From contig CALJHE010000005.1 in NCBI GenBank assembly GCA_938075675.1, forward strand, positions 71,097 to 135,096: a DNA stretch of 64,000 nt. Reading direction: 5' to 3'. The translations under genes and the position numbers were made by a program. This document shows, piece by piece, positions 40,801-50,224 of the stretch. The notes below the pieces were generated by a model that was not told where the DNA came from, did no database searches, and was given only the letters and a program-made list of their open reading frames with translations. Numbering within the stretch: the first letter of the stretch is position 1; each line of letters opens with the position of its first letter. Origin of the DNA: Candidatus Poseidoniaceae archaeon. Its GTDB lineage: Archaea; Thermoplasmatota; Poseidoniia; Poseidoniales; Poseidoniaceae.

Positions 40801-40916
40801 AAGCGACTGCCCAACGTATTCTGCGTAAAGTTCAGAGGAACAATATGGAAGGGTTGCTCGAAACCATTCACAATGCGGAAATTGAATACGCACGAACGAG
40901 AAGGTTCTGGAATTAA
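37875..40916 (+). CDS. lhr: Lhr-family SF2 helicase
   Basis: APTGSGKT, DEVH, SAT, HHGSL, SSLELGID and QRVGRA; C-terminal Cys cluster. Confidence 0.93.
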   Translation: MSDVFSNLDPRLTAALDSKGWKPTPVQVATLPELCDGGDRIIVAPTGSGKTMSAVLPMLNRCLVEGWKPLSILYITPLRALNRDVDRRLNEITEAVGLKVGLRHGDTKQSERSRQVRNPPDLLVTTPETFQLMFTGKNLRELLKRVQAVIIDEVHDLAASERGWQLSVGLERMEALSGHPVQRIGLSATVGNPDEVAQWLSPKKGKALLTTGNRTTDLSVECAQTLPEDEIGALELSIQPRAHASFRRMVEILRTEPPCLVFVNSRSDAETIASRLQSMAPDVDIGVHHGSLAAETRREMEDKLRSGELAGLVCTSSLELGIDVGKIRRILQIKSPRSVDRMLQRVGRADHRLDGIGKGHLLSWDTDDLAESAVVGRRAMLGHIESIEWRNRPLSVAANQLVLMAHSMNAVSIDEATEILAKVSQFEGWQRVDTESLLRVLADGWVLRFTPDPSEVPWYRWPKAVYTVAMEEAMKKGHPLPEERPLFSLPDEEVPDSFKNRDVDVPLPFKDGWFSTAGRTRQWVTNHLSMIPDKQSYRVRDAVTRRSLGSVDEAFVLSLNDSGEDDDGSRRQFVMAGRTWLIIDADPEQSELLVAPVSDKAEAPRWVGELPPVPKAIGRDIGRLRQLIADDLKLFDNASNGELDVLSIDTEGIFADRHSTLAEHPIDEEALSVMAESITAHVEATEYLPTDRLMTLERREDAIVINSCHGSRINEGLGHFLMAMATTKTGKWGRLVVEPTRIALQTGAVNPEEIQAWLMETPPDAIEGLLSVTLPNSRQVRWRFAQVAKTFGILRHGVDPRKINLQALLRKYRGTVVMEEVLSKLFHERMDVLGVRDVMRSIQSGNIQLKITASGPIGLSNHSSRDMLLPNWDNAQVRKQLKGRLTNERAVLCCLKCKAIRRFRVARYLEIDGIKSCLKCRGSMLACAPERMQSMLVDWVSSDDEKDLARMMKNASIVQSRGYEAVLSLMGRGIGEATAQRILRKVQRNNMEGLLETIHNAEIEYARTRRFWN

Positions 40917-40921
40917 TCGCT

Positions 40922-41869
40922 CTATGGTTCAAGTTGATTGATGGCTAGTGCTGCCGCAACCACGTCTCCATCCTCCCACCAATCGACAGCGATGAATGTA
41001 GGTCGCTTACCGTGTTGTTGCCAACACTCTGTAGCTCGTTGGACGAGAAAATCAACATCGTTCGCTTCATCTCCTCGCGATGGATCTGAAAGTCCCAAAG
41101 GACCACGAAGCCAGTTGTTCATGTGGTAGACTTCTTGTTCGACATCACCTCGAAGGAGATCACAATTCATGTCTTCAGTGTTCTCTTCGGCATAGTTCGT
41201 TGTCCAACTGTAGGTCAGAAAGTCATGAACCCAAGGATGCGAAGAATCCCCCCCTTGTTCCCAAAAGACGACCAAAGTCGTCTCCTGTTCAATCATTTCT
41301 TGAAGCGTTGGCCAAGCCGTGTCGAGGGTGTGGATGTACATTTTTTCTCTGAGATTGGCTTGTTCAAAAACGGCCAGTAAATGGTCTGGCTGTACGTAAT
41401 TTTCTACCAACAAAGTGACGATATCTCGAGGGTTTTCGTTCATCTTTGATTGTAAATTGGAAAGCCAAGACACTGAATTGACATTGCCGTAGATGCACGG
41501 ACTGAACCCACGGTCATCGTCCCCGTGACACAAACGCACCGAATCTACACGCTCATCGCCAAGTGTCTCATAGTGTGTATCAATCATGAAAGCACGCATG
41601 CCAGCCGCCCATTGCGCATCAAGACCGGTTTGGTGGTTACTCGCTGGATAATAGATTCCATCTTGATGGGTTGAGAAGGCGTTGTGCGTTTCCGGGAATG
41701 TGACGTTATCGTAGGTTCTTTGGCAAAGTACAACTAAACCGTTGCAAGCCTCGGACGGTAGTTCTGAGTCATCACCTTCTTGAATTGAAGAAGTATCGAC
41801 GCTCGGTGCTACACAGCCTGAACTCAACAACACGAGGGTCAATAAAACTGCAAAGAGACCACCTCGCAT
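40922..41869 (-). CDS. PI-PLC-like phosphodiesterase, lipoprotein
   Basis: Lipobox LSSGC; CNG...CQRTYDNVTFPETHNAF, GMRAFMIDTH, LCHG and PTFIAVD. Confidence 0.75.
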   Translation of the reverse strand: MRGGLFAVLLTLVLLSSGCVAPSVDTSSIQEGDDSELPSEACNGLVVLCQRTYDNVTFPETHNAFSTHQDGIYYPASNHQTGLDAQWAAGMRAFMIDTHYETLGDERVDSVRLCHGDDDRGFSPCIYGNVNSVSWLSNLQSKMNENPRDIVTLLVENYVQPDHLLAVFEQANLREKMYIHTLDTAWPTLQEMIEQETTLVVFWEQGGDSSHPWVHDFLTYSWTTNYAEENTEDMNCDLLRGDVEQEVYHMNNWLRGPLGLSDPSRGDEANDVDFLVQRATECWQQHGKRPTFIAVDWWEDGDVVAAALAINQLEP

Positions 41870-41913
41870 GGTAGGGTCATAGCGAATGACAACATCAAGT
41901 CGTCGGTTCATCA

Positions 41914-42351
41914 TCAAACGGTACGAACTTGAATTCCTGCCTCATTCAACATGCCGTTTGAGGTATTGAAATCATCTTGCCATCGTTCAGGTATGCCGTT
42001 TGTCTCAGGATAAACAATTTCCACAATACCTGCTTGAATCAACGAGCGGGCACAACGGGAACAAGGCGGCCAAGTAACGTAAGCGGTGCTCCCCTTGAGC
42101 GAAACACCAATCCGGGCAGCGTGCATAATTGCATTTTCCTCAGCATGACAAATAAGAGGATACTTCTTTTCTCGGTCCGTTAGGCGGTCCATATCATCGC
42201 TTATTCCCCGAGGGAAACCGTTGAAGCCCGTCGAGCGAATCTCTCTGTCGCCTCCAACCACAACACAACCGACTTTGGTCGAAGGATCTTTACTCCATCC
42301 CGAAATGTGCTTTGCCAATTCCAGAAAACGATTGTCCCATTTCTCACTCAT
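41914..42351 (-). CDS. dCMP deaminase family protein
   Basis: SKDPSTKVG, GFNG, HAEENA and PCSRC. Confidence 0.92.
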   Translation of the reverse strand: MSEKWDNRFLELAKHISGWSKDPSTKVGCVVVGGDREIRSTGFNGFPRGISDDMDRLTDREKKYPLICHAEENAIMHAARIGVSLKGSTAYVTWPPCSRCARSLIQAGIVEIVYPETNGIPERWQDDFNTSNGMLNEAGIQVRTV

Positions 42352-42386
42352 GGCTCTCAACGGTCATCTCACAGGCTATCGCTCTA

Positions 42387-43682
42387 TCAGTCCTTCGCAT
42401 ACAACGAAAGGTCCTCATCCGAGCCCCAACCAAAGACGGACAAGAGATTTCCTTGCAAATACAGAGAGCCTAAACTGACCACTAAACCAACTTCCTCAGC
42501 GTCATAGGATGCTAGAGAATGAATTGCATCTCTCGGTAATTCGTGGCACTGCACATCGTCACGATTCCAATCAAGGTGAGACAACGCGTCGAGTGGGACG
42601 CCGGGGTATCTGCCGCCCTGGGGTTTTGTGAGAACGATGTTCTTTGGAGGATATTTCTGACAAAAGTCTAACAGTGGTTCAAGAAAATGACTCAACTCCT
42701 CCTGGGGAGAGGTGCCAAAAATTAGACTCCAAACTGGCTTCCCACTCAATTCTGGCGCATGTTTCGCTATGTGTTGCTCAAGTTCTGGTAAAATTCGGAG
42801 CAATCCAGATGGGTTGTGAGCTGCATCAAGCAGGTATGGATGGGATGAAGTCGAAGAACTGGGAAGGAATTGCATTCGTGCAAGCCATCGCAGATTATCT
42901 CGAGCAGTATCCAATGAATCAGTTGGAAAACCAAGGTGTTGAAACATTGCGAGGGCAAGAGAAAATGCCTCGTTTCGAACCGTAGAGCCTTTCTCAATTC
43001 CAACGACATGAACTTCAGCGGGGGAGAGAATCTCTCCGAGTTCCGTATTTCCTGCCTTTCTTGCTTCCAACTTCATGGCCTCGAGAACCTCGTGATCAAT
43101 GGGTTCGCGGATGAATAAAGGACGTTTTGGACGAGCAATTGCAGCCTTTTCACGAGCGATAGTGGGCAAGTCATCTCCGAGGACATCTGTGTGTTCACGA
43201 GTCACTGCAGTCACCAAGCATGCCGTCGCAGGCCCGCAGCGTGTTGCATCCAAGCGTCCGCCTAATCCGGTTTCGAGAATCAAGACACTGCTTCCCTGAG
43301 AGGCAATCATAGCGACCAAATAAGTCACTTCAAAGAACGTCAAATCAACGTTCGATTCTTGAGTTTCGCCACTTGCAGCATCGTGAATTAAGAGGAGAGC
43401 TTGGTCAAACTCTTCGCTTGAAATTGGGATTCCATTGCGCCGTACCCGTTCCTCAAGTCGAACAACATGAGGTGAACTGAACAATACATTTCCAATGCCT
43501 TCCAAACCCAAGCCAGTTGCCATAAGTGCGCACACTGTCCCTTTTCCGTTGCTACCTGCGACATGAAGAATATGTTCAGGCAGCGAAAGTTGCAAACGGT
43601 CAAGAACGGTTCTTGTTCCCTTCAAACCTAACGCCATACCGCGCTTTTTGGTCGATTCGAGCCAAGTTCGCACTTCAACCAC
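42387..43682 (-). CDS. folC: Folylpolyglutamate synthase/dihydrofolate synthase family
   Basis: HVAGSNGKGT, SPH, TFFE, ETGLGGRLDAT, EKAAI, LDAAHNP and GSLYL. Confidence 0.88.
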   Translation of the reverse strand: MVEVRTWLESTKKRGMALGLKGTRTVLDRLQLSLPEHILHVAGSNGKGTVCALMATGLGLEGIGNVLFSSPHVVRLEERVRRNGIPISSEEFDQALLLIHDAASGETQESNVDLTFFEVTYLVAMIASQGSSVLILETGLGGRLDATRCGPATACLVTAVTREHTDVLGDDLPTIAREKAAIARPKRPLFIREPIDHEVLEAMKLEARKAGNTELGEILSPAEVHVVGIEKGSTVRNEAFSLALAMFQHLGFPTDSLDTARDNLRWLARMQFLPSSSTSSHPYLLDAAHNPSGLLRILPELEQHIAKHAPELSGKPVWSLIFGTSPQEELSHFLEPLLDFCQKYPPKNIVLTKPQGGRYPGVPLDALSHLDWNRDDVQCHELPRDAIHSLASYDAEEVGLVVSLGSLYLQGNLLSVFGWGSDEDLSLYAKD

Positions 43683-43804
43683 ATCCTTGCGAAGTGTTGG
43701 TGTGATTAGTCCTTTTCTTTGACTCGAAAAGGGACGCTCCCATTCGCCCCCTACGGGGGCGTGTTATGCGCGACCCTCATATGAGTGTCCGAAGTCGACA
43801 GGGT

Positions 43805-46015
43805 ATGAGCGAACAGGAGTCAACCTCAGAACCGAAGCGAAAGGTTTCTGAGGAATTTGCCGCTGTTCAAGCACAATTACGCAAGGAAGACACGTTGCTT
43901 TGGATGATGAAAGAGCAACTACCGTCAATGATGGGTATGATGTTCATGTTCATCCTAACCATTGCAATCTCACTGTACATTCGACCATGGTATGACATTG
44001 CAGAATTGCAAGCCTACGGCGTCGATGGAGCACGGCAAGTTCGATACATAGCGCTTCAATTGGTCATGATTTTCATCTTTACTGCAGGGATTTTATTACT
44101 TGCGAAATACAAGAAAGAGTGGATCATAAAGTACGGAATAATGGGCGTTCTCGCTATTGCGCTCTTGTATGCTACTGTTCCTCTCACACACGTCATGGTA
44201 CTCGACTTGGAAGCAGACCCGTTCAACTATGACAGTGAAACGGAGGTTGGCATGTCCTACCATTCACACCACGGCATGAACACGCACATTACCAACTCGC
44301 TCATTGGTACGCCAAGCACATGGAACGATTCAATAAGCGTGTACAACGGTGATGGGCTAGAAACGAACACCACGAAGTGGAGCATGAGCCATGAGCGGCT
44401 TCCATACGCTGATACGGGCCAACTCAACATCGTAGTTTCAGACGACTACTATTCCTTTACCAATCAAGGCTTTATTTGGTATGTTGATGCTGAAACCGGT
44501 GAATTGCAAGATTCTTATGCTTGCCACCGATATCTCGACACCGATGACCCAGTTCCGCTTGGCAATCTTGAAGGGGGCTGTACGCTTGCTTTCCATGCCG
44601 ATGACGCAATGTATGTTATCGACCAAAACGGTCAACTGGTTCGCTTCAATACGTTTGAGGATAGCCCTGGAAATTTGACCTATCAAGCAGCATGGAGGCT
44701 CCCTTCTGGATTGAACACGGACCAAGGTGTTGTTTACTCAGAAGTTATTGACGATGACAAGGTACTCATTGTTACCCCTACTGCTGCTGCCGTTCTTGAA
44801 TTGGAATCAAACTCAGGTGCTCTTGACTTGAATCCAAATACCAATGATATGGCAAGCGTGTTGTTTACTGTTAACGCCACGAGCAATTTTACAAGCGCTG
44901 ATTTTGGTCATTCTCCCTGGTCATCCGTTAAAATGGATGAAAGCAATGGACTGGAAGGTTTGTTGTTACTTGGTGATGAAAACGGCGATGTTACCGGCTA
45001 TGAATGGAATGAATCCGATGGTGTCATCTTTGAACCTCAAACGAGGATTGCGCTGCTCGGTTACGGCCAGACCATCCAATCTGTACGAATCACGGACCTT
45101 GACGAAAGTGGTTTCAGTGATATGCTCATTACAACCGGCGAAAATGCCGACTGGCTCCATACACAGAGCCTCAAAAACAGAATCTCCTTTGATGTAGAAA
45201 AAAATCTCAAGGCATCTTGGTTCACGTTCTCAGACGATTCAGTTCAATTCAATGCGGTATACGATAACGGCACAACCTCTCTTACCTCAGGGCCTATTGA
45301 AAATGGGATGTATGCACTTGATGGACCACAGTTCTCAGAAGGGCCGCTCATCGCAGCGCTGCTCATTACCACTGTTCTGATGATTCTTCTTTACGTCCAC
45401 AGCGAATGGTATGTTGTCAACACAGTTGGCGTATTGGTCGGCTCTGGAGTCATTGTCATGCTGGGTGTTACGTTCGTACCAACTTTGATTATCATCTTCA
45501 TGATTGCTGCAGCAATCTATGATGCTTGGGCTGTTTATCGCTCGAAACACATGCTTGACTTGGCCGATACAATGATCGGACTACGGCTTCCTATCCTGCT
45601 CGTAGCACCTCAAGAAAAGGGATATTCATTCATCGATGAGACCGTTTCGATGAAGGAAAAGAACGCTGCACCTGCACAGCAAATGGCAGCCCCCTCACAT
45701 AGGCCAGTTGCCAACAAGCAACCTAAGAAGCAAAGCAAGGATGCAATGTTCATGGGATTAGGTGACGTCATTTTCCCAGGTATGCTCGTCTTATCTTCAG
45801 CTCAATACATTGACGGAAGCGAAGGTTTCCAAATCGCCATGGCGACATTGATTGGCGGCCTAGTAGGCTACTTCGCATTGATGACATACGTTGCTCGTGG
45901 ACGGGCACAAGCCGGACTCCCGTTGTTGAACGGTGGAGCGATTCTAGGTTACATCATCGGCGGTATTGTTACCGGTGTTGGTTGGGCAATCTTTGACTTT
46001 GGACTGACCTTGTGA
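43805..46015 (+). CDS. Presenilin/SPP-family (A22) intramembrane aspartyl protease with large insertion
   Basis: IYDAWAV, MGLGD and AGLPLLN motifs; nine predicted TM segments plus a ~380-aa hydrophilic insert. Start could also be 43766 or 43781. Confidence 0.88.
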   Translation: MSEQESTSEPKRKVSEEFAAVQAQLRKEDTLLWMMKEQLPSMMGMMFMFILTIAISLYIRPWYDIAELQAYGVDGARQVRYIALQLVMIFIFTAGILLLAKYKKEWIIKYGIMGVLAIALLYATVPLTHVMVLDLEADPFNYDSETEVGMSYHSHHGMNTHITNSLIGTPSTWNDSISVYNGDGLETNTTKWSMSHERLPYADTGQLNIVVSDDYYSFTNQGFIWYVDAETGELQDSYACHRYLDTDDPVPLGNLEGGCTLAFHADDAMYVIDQNGQLVRFNTFEDSPGNLTYQAAWRLPSGLNTDQGVVYSEVIDDDKVLIVTPTAAAVLELESNSGALDLNPNTNDMASVLFTVNATSNFTSADFGHSPWSSVKMDESNGLEGLLLLGDENGDVTGYEWNESDGVIFEPQTRIALLGYGQTIQSVRITDLDESGFSDMLITTGENADWLHTQSLKNRISFDVEKNLKASWFTFSDDSVQFNAVYDNGTTSLTSGPIENGMYALDGPQFSEGPLIAALLITTVLMILLYVHSEWYVVNTVGVLVGSGVIVMLGVTFVPTLIIIFMIAAAIYDAWAVYRSKHMLDLADTMIGLRLPILLVAPQEKGYSFIDETVSMKEKNAAPAQQMAAPSHRPVANKQPKKQSKDAMFMGLGDVIFPGMLVLSSAQYIDGSEGFQIAMATLIGGLVGYFALMTYVARGRAQAGLPLLNGGAILGYIIGGIVTGVGWAIFDFGLTL

Positions 46016-46024
46016 GGTGTAAAA

Positions 46025-47317
46025 ATGCTGGATATCAACTTGTTTCGAAATGAACCTGAGACGATTCGAAAGGACCACGACAAGCGAGGTATACCCCATG
46101 ATAACATTGACCGAGTGATTGAACTTGATCAAGCATGGATTAATCTTCAGCATGAAACAAACCAATTGCGGGCGCAGAAAAACACGGCAGCAAGAGGGAT
46201 TGGTACTGCAAAAAAATCTGGCGACCAGGATGCAGTACAACGTATACTTGCTGAAGTGGCTGATTTAGGATCACAAATCGCTGAGATGGAAAAGAAAACT
46301 GAATCAGCAGTGGCCGAACGCGATAAACTCCGCATGTCAATCCCGAATATCCTTCACCCGGATGTACCCCAAGGGGCTGATGAATCTGGAAACACGCAGC
46401 ACAGCGTTCACGGTCAAAAACCAACCTTTGATTTTGAACCTCGTACGCACAATGAACTCATTGAAATGAACAAATGGGTGGACTTGAAACGTGCCGCAAA
46501 AATTGTTGGCAGTCGGTTCTTTTTCCTCAAAGGCGATTTAGCACGTCTTGAGTTTGCACTCCAGCAATTTTCAGTGGACTTCATTCGTGAACGTGGCTAT
46601 ACATTCGTCCAACCTCCTGTGATGATGAATCGTGATGCATATGAAGGCGTTACAGACCTCTCTGACTTTGAAACGGTGATGTACGGTGTTGAACCTGATG
46701 GCTACTACATGATTGCCACTGCTGAACACCCATTGACGGCGATGTTCATGGGTGAAACAATTCCTGAGGCGGACTTGCCGTTACGAATCGTAGGCGTCTC
46801 ACCTTGCTTTCGAAGGGAAGTCGGCTCACACGGACAATCAGATTTGGGCATTTGGAGAGTACACCAATTCACTAAGATTGAGCAAATCATCATTGCCACG
46901 CCAGAACAATCATGGGAACTGCAAGAAGAATTACTGCAAAACTGTCTCGACTTGTGGGATGCTCTCGATATGCATTACGAAGTTGTAAACATCTGTACCG
47001 GCGATATGGGAACAGTCGCTGCTCGAAAGTACGACCTTGAGGCATGGATTCCGGGTGCAAACCAGTACAAGGAAATTGTATCGTGTTCCAACTGTACCGA
47101 CTACCAAGCGAATCGCTTGCAAATTCGCTATGGTCAACCAGGCCACGCAGGACAGCCGATCGCACACACACTCAATTCGACTGCTGTAGCAACCTCACGA
47201 GCTCTTGTAGCGATTATGGAACAAAATCAAATGGAAGACGGTCGAGTCCGTATCCCTGAAGTCCTCCAACCCCTCATGGGAGGGCAGGAAACCCTTGAAC
47301 CATGCACTTGGGGTTAA
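46025..47317 (+). CDS. serS: Seryl-tRNA synthetase
   Basis: TAEHP, FRRE, RVHQFTKIE, EIVSCSNCTDYQA and HTLNSTA. Confidence 0.97.
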   Translation: MLDINLFRNEPETIRKDHDKRGIPHDNIDRVIELDQAWINLQHETNQLRAQKNTAARGIGTAKKSGDQDAVQRILAEVADLGSQIAEMEKKTESAVAERDKLRMSIPNILHPDVPQGADESGNTQHSVHGQKPTFDFEPRTHNELIEMNKWVDLKRAAKIVGSRFFFLKGDLARLEFALQQFSVDFIRERGYTFVQPPVMMNRDAYEGVTDLSDFETVMYGVEPDGYYMIATAEHPLTAMFMGETIPEADLPLRIVGVSPCFRREVGSHGQSDLGIWRVHQFTKIEQIIIATPEQSWELQEELLQNCLDLWDALDMHYEVVNICTGDMGTVAARKYDLEAWIPGANQYKEIVSCSNCTDYQANRLQIRYGQPGHAGQPIAHTLNSTAVATSRALVAIMEQNQMEDGRVRIPEVLQPLMGGQETLEPCTWG

Positions 47318-47355
47318 GCGTAAGTGTTGAAATAGCCTTGCCGTGATGGGCAAGC

Positions 47356-48234
47356 ATGACTGGAGAGGAAGTGCTCTATTTTGGATACGGGTCCAATTTG
47401 GATTTGTCCGACTGGAAGAGTTGGTGCGAACGCAAACACCTACCATACGATGGTTTAGTCGAGATGTGCCCGTGCTGGTTGCCGAATTATACCATGAAAT
47501 TTCATTATTTCTCGAGAAGCAGAGAAGGGGGTGCTGCAGATATTGTCGAAAACGGTAGAGGACACGCAGTTCCGGGTGTACTGTTCTCAATGAACGAAGA
47601 TGCTTTAGCCGCAATGGACCAAAAAGAAGGCACTCAAGCAGGCGTTTACGCCCGTCGTACTGTTAACGTCGCTCTTCCAAATGGAACCTTCGTCGAAGCA
47701 CTGACCTACTGCGTCACCTCACAGCGGCGAGAAGACAGATTCATTCAACCTACAAAGCACTACATTGGTCTGATTGAAAATGGGTTAAAAAGTCGAAGAC
47801 TTCCAATTGGAGAATTGAAAAATGCTATTGAAGATTTCTCACCAAGTTTCCCCCTCGAAAAGATATTTGTCTATGGGACATTGATGGAAGGAGAGATTCG
47901 TTCATCGACGACCAAACAGTTGTGCAACGGTGAAGCACGCTCAGCGAGTGTAAAGGGTGATCTTGTCGATTTAGGGGCATTTCCAGGCTTGATTGCGGGC
48001 GATGGAACTGTCAAAGGTGAACTGTATCACCTCGACCAGGTTTATTCTGCACTGCAAACGCTCGATAGTATTGAGGGATTTTACGGCTACGGTTCTGATG
48101 ATTCGCTCTATACTCGCACGATTGTAGAAGTACAAACTGATGATGGTTCAGAGTGGGCTTGGACCTATATGTACAATGAACAGAACGGTAGTTTGAATCC
48201 GAAGATTGATTCTGGCGACTGGCGTGTTCGCTAA
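47356..48234 (+). CDS. Tandem gamma-glutamylcyclotransferase (GGCT/AIG2-like) domain protein
   Basis: YFGYGSNL...MDQKEG and FVYGTL...LDSIEG. Confidence 0.85.
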   Translation: MTGEEVLYFGYGSNLDLSDWKSWCERKHLPYDGLVEMCPCWLPNYTMKFHYFSRSREGGAADIVENGRGHAVPGVLFSMNEDALAAMDQKEGTQAGVYARRTVNVALPNGTFVEALTYCVTSQRREDRFIQPTKHYIGLIENGLKSRRLPIGELKNAIEDFSPSFPLEKIFVYGTLMEGEIRSSTTKQLCNGEARSASVKGDLVDLGAFPGLIAGDGTVKGELYHLDQVYSALQTLDSIEGFYGYGSDDSLYTRTIVEVQTDDGSEWAWTYMYNEQNGSLNPKIDSGDWRVR

Positions 48235-48701
48235 TCTTCTTCCTCAGTCATTGCCAACAGAACTGAGCCTTGTTGAACTTGGTCACCTGCGGAGAAATAG
48301 ACATCGGTGATGGTACCGGTTGCTGAAGCGAGAATCCTATGCTCCATTTTCATTGCCTCGAGGACCATGAGCGTCTGACCGGATTCAACGGATTGCCCTT
48401 CTTCGACCAATACATCGAGGACTTTTCCAGGCATCGGAGCAGTTAATCCACCATCGTTTCCACCTTGGGTTGCTCCGGGTTCAATGCGCTCAAGGTTGAA
48501 AGTGTGACCTTGGAAATGAACCCACCAGTTGTCGTCTACTTTAGCGACCGTAGCATAACCGGATACACCGTTAGCAAGATGGATTCGAATACGTCCATCG
48601 CGTTCAAGAACGGCTTTATGTTCGCCAAGAATCCAGTCGTCGCCTTGTTTTGCAACCGTAACATCGACTGGCCCATCAGGACTGTTGAACTGATGGTCCA
48701 T
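48231..48701 (-). CDS. Biotin carboxyl carrier protein with N-terminal BT-like segment
   Basis: APMPG and EAMKM biotinylation motif; GGAGGT RBS; TGATG overlap with the upstream gene. Confidence 0.92.
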   Translation of the reverse strand: MDHQFNSPDGPVDVTVAKQGDDWILGEHKAVLERDGRIRIHLANGVSGYATVAKVDDNWWVHFQGHTFNLERIEPGATQGGNDGGLTAPMPGKVLDVLVEEGQSVESGQTLMVLEAMKMEHRILASATGTITDVYFSAGDQVQQGSVLLAMTEEED

Positions 48702-50215
48702 CAGGGATACCTCCTGTTGAGAGTCGCGAAGGGGCTGGTAGGTCCTGATGGGTCGTCAGAACGGCTTGAAGGCGTTGAACGAAGACGGTGTAAACCTGCG
48801 CTCTCGCCAACGGCTGCTGCCATGAAGGCTGCATCTTCAATGTGGACAGGAACGGATGGCGACCATCCATCAGGCCATAATCGGTCAATCATGGTGGTAT
48901 CTGTCGTGCCTTCTATCACATCCGGCACATCACATAATTCGCGTAGGAAACGTAGATTCGTCGTCGTTCCAAGAACAACGAATTCTTCTAATGAGCGCCG
49001 CATCCGTTGCAGTGCCTCTTCACGGGAAGGAGCCCACACGATCAGTTTGGCCAACATCGGGTCGTAATTTGGAGTGACTTCATCTCCTTGACGTACACCG
49101 GTATCCAGCCGAATACCCGGGCCTTCGGGAGGAATGAAAACTGCAAGTGGACCAATTGCCGGTAGGAAATTGTTTGAAGCGTCTTCAGCATACAATCGAA
49201 CCTCGATTGCATGACCTCGAATGTTCAGTTCACCGCACGACATAGGTTCTCCAGCAGCAATGCGGAGTTGTTCTCGAACGATATCCACGCCCGTTACCAG
49301 TTCAGTAACTGGATGTTCGACTTGAATTCGAGTGTTCATTTCCAAAAAGAAGAACTCTCCGTTCGGTGCCAGAAGGAATTCAACAGTTCCAGCACCCTCA
49401 TAATTGACGGCCATTGCAGCAGCAACAGCCGCTTTGCCCATTGCAGCTCGGATTTCTTCGGTCATGGTGGCGCATGGTGCTTCTTCGAAGACCTTCTGAT
49501 GACGGCGCTGAACACTGCATTCACGCTCACCGAGGTGAATTGTTCGTCCATGCCGGTCTGCGAGAACTTGGATTTCAACGTGCTTTGAGCCTGTCAAGAG
49601 TCGTTCAAGGTAAACTCGCCCATCTCCAAAGGCAGCGAGGGCTTCTCGACGAGCACTCCGTGCTGCGTCAAGCAACTCTTCGGGATGTTCAACAGCACGC
49701 ATTCCCTTTCCACCACCGCCCGAAGATGCTTTGAGAAGGAGAGGATAACCGACTCGAGTGCTCGCTTGTTGAATAGCTATCAGAGCCTCTTCTTCATCGG
49801 TTGATTCGATTTCTTCTCCGGGAATGACGGGAACTCCTGCGTCACGCATTGTGATACGAGCGGTCATTTTATCGCCCATTTTCTCAATTGCGTTGGCGCT
49901 TGGACCGACCCATTGTATGCCTGCAGCTGTTACTGCACGAGCGAAATCAGCCCGTTCAGAAAGAAAACCAAAACCAGGGTGAATGGCATCAGCACCTGTT
50001 TCACCCGCAATCATCAAGATTTGGTTCTGGTCAAGATAAGTTTCTGCAATCGTGTCTCCGTGCAACATTACCGATTCATCGGCAAGTTCGACAAAGAGAG
50101 AAGTCGCATCGTTTTCAGCATAGATTGCAACGCTCTCAAGACCCGCCTCAGAGCAAGCACGGAGAATTCGACAAGCGATTTCTCCCCGATTAGCAACCAA
50201 GACTTTGCTGACCAT
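48701..50215 (-). CDS. Biotin carboxylase, methylcrotonyl-CoA carboxylase alpha-like
   Basis: ANRGEIA, GGGGKGM, EMNTRIQVEHP and YDPMLAKL. Alternative GTG start at 50224. Confidence 0.9.
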   Translation of the reverse strand: MVSKVLVANRGEIACRILRACSEAGLESVAIYAENDATSLFVELADESVMLHGDTIAETYLDQNQILMIAGETGADAIHPGFGFLSERADFARAVTAAGIQWVGPSANAIEKMGDKMTARITMRDAGVPVIPGEEIESTDEEEALIAIQQASTRVGYPLLLKASSGGGGKGMRAVEHPEELLDAARSARREALAAFGDGRVYLERLLTGSKHVEIQVLADRHGRTIHLGERECSVQRRHQKVFEEAPCATMTEEIRAAMGKAAVAAAMAVNYEGAGTVEFLLAPNGEFFFLEMNTRIQVEHPVTELVTGVDIVREQLRIAAGEPMSCGELNIRGHAIEVRLYAEDASNNFLPAIGPLAVFIPPEGPGIRLDTGVRQGDEVTPNYDPMLAKLIVWAPSREEALQRMRRSLEEFVVLGTTTNLRFLRELCDVPDVIEGTTDTTMIDRLWPDGWSPSVPVHIEDAAFMAAAVGESAGLHRLRSTPSSRSDDPSGPTSPFATLNRRYP

Positions 50216-50224
50216 TACGTTCAC

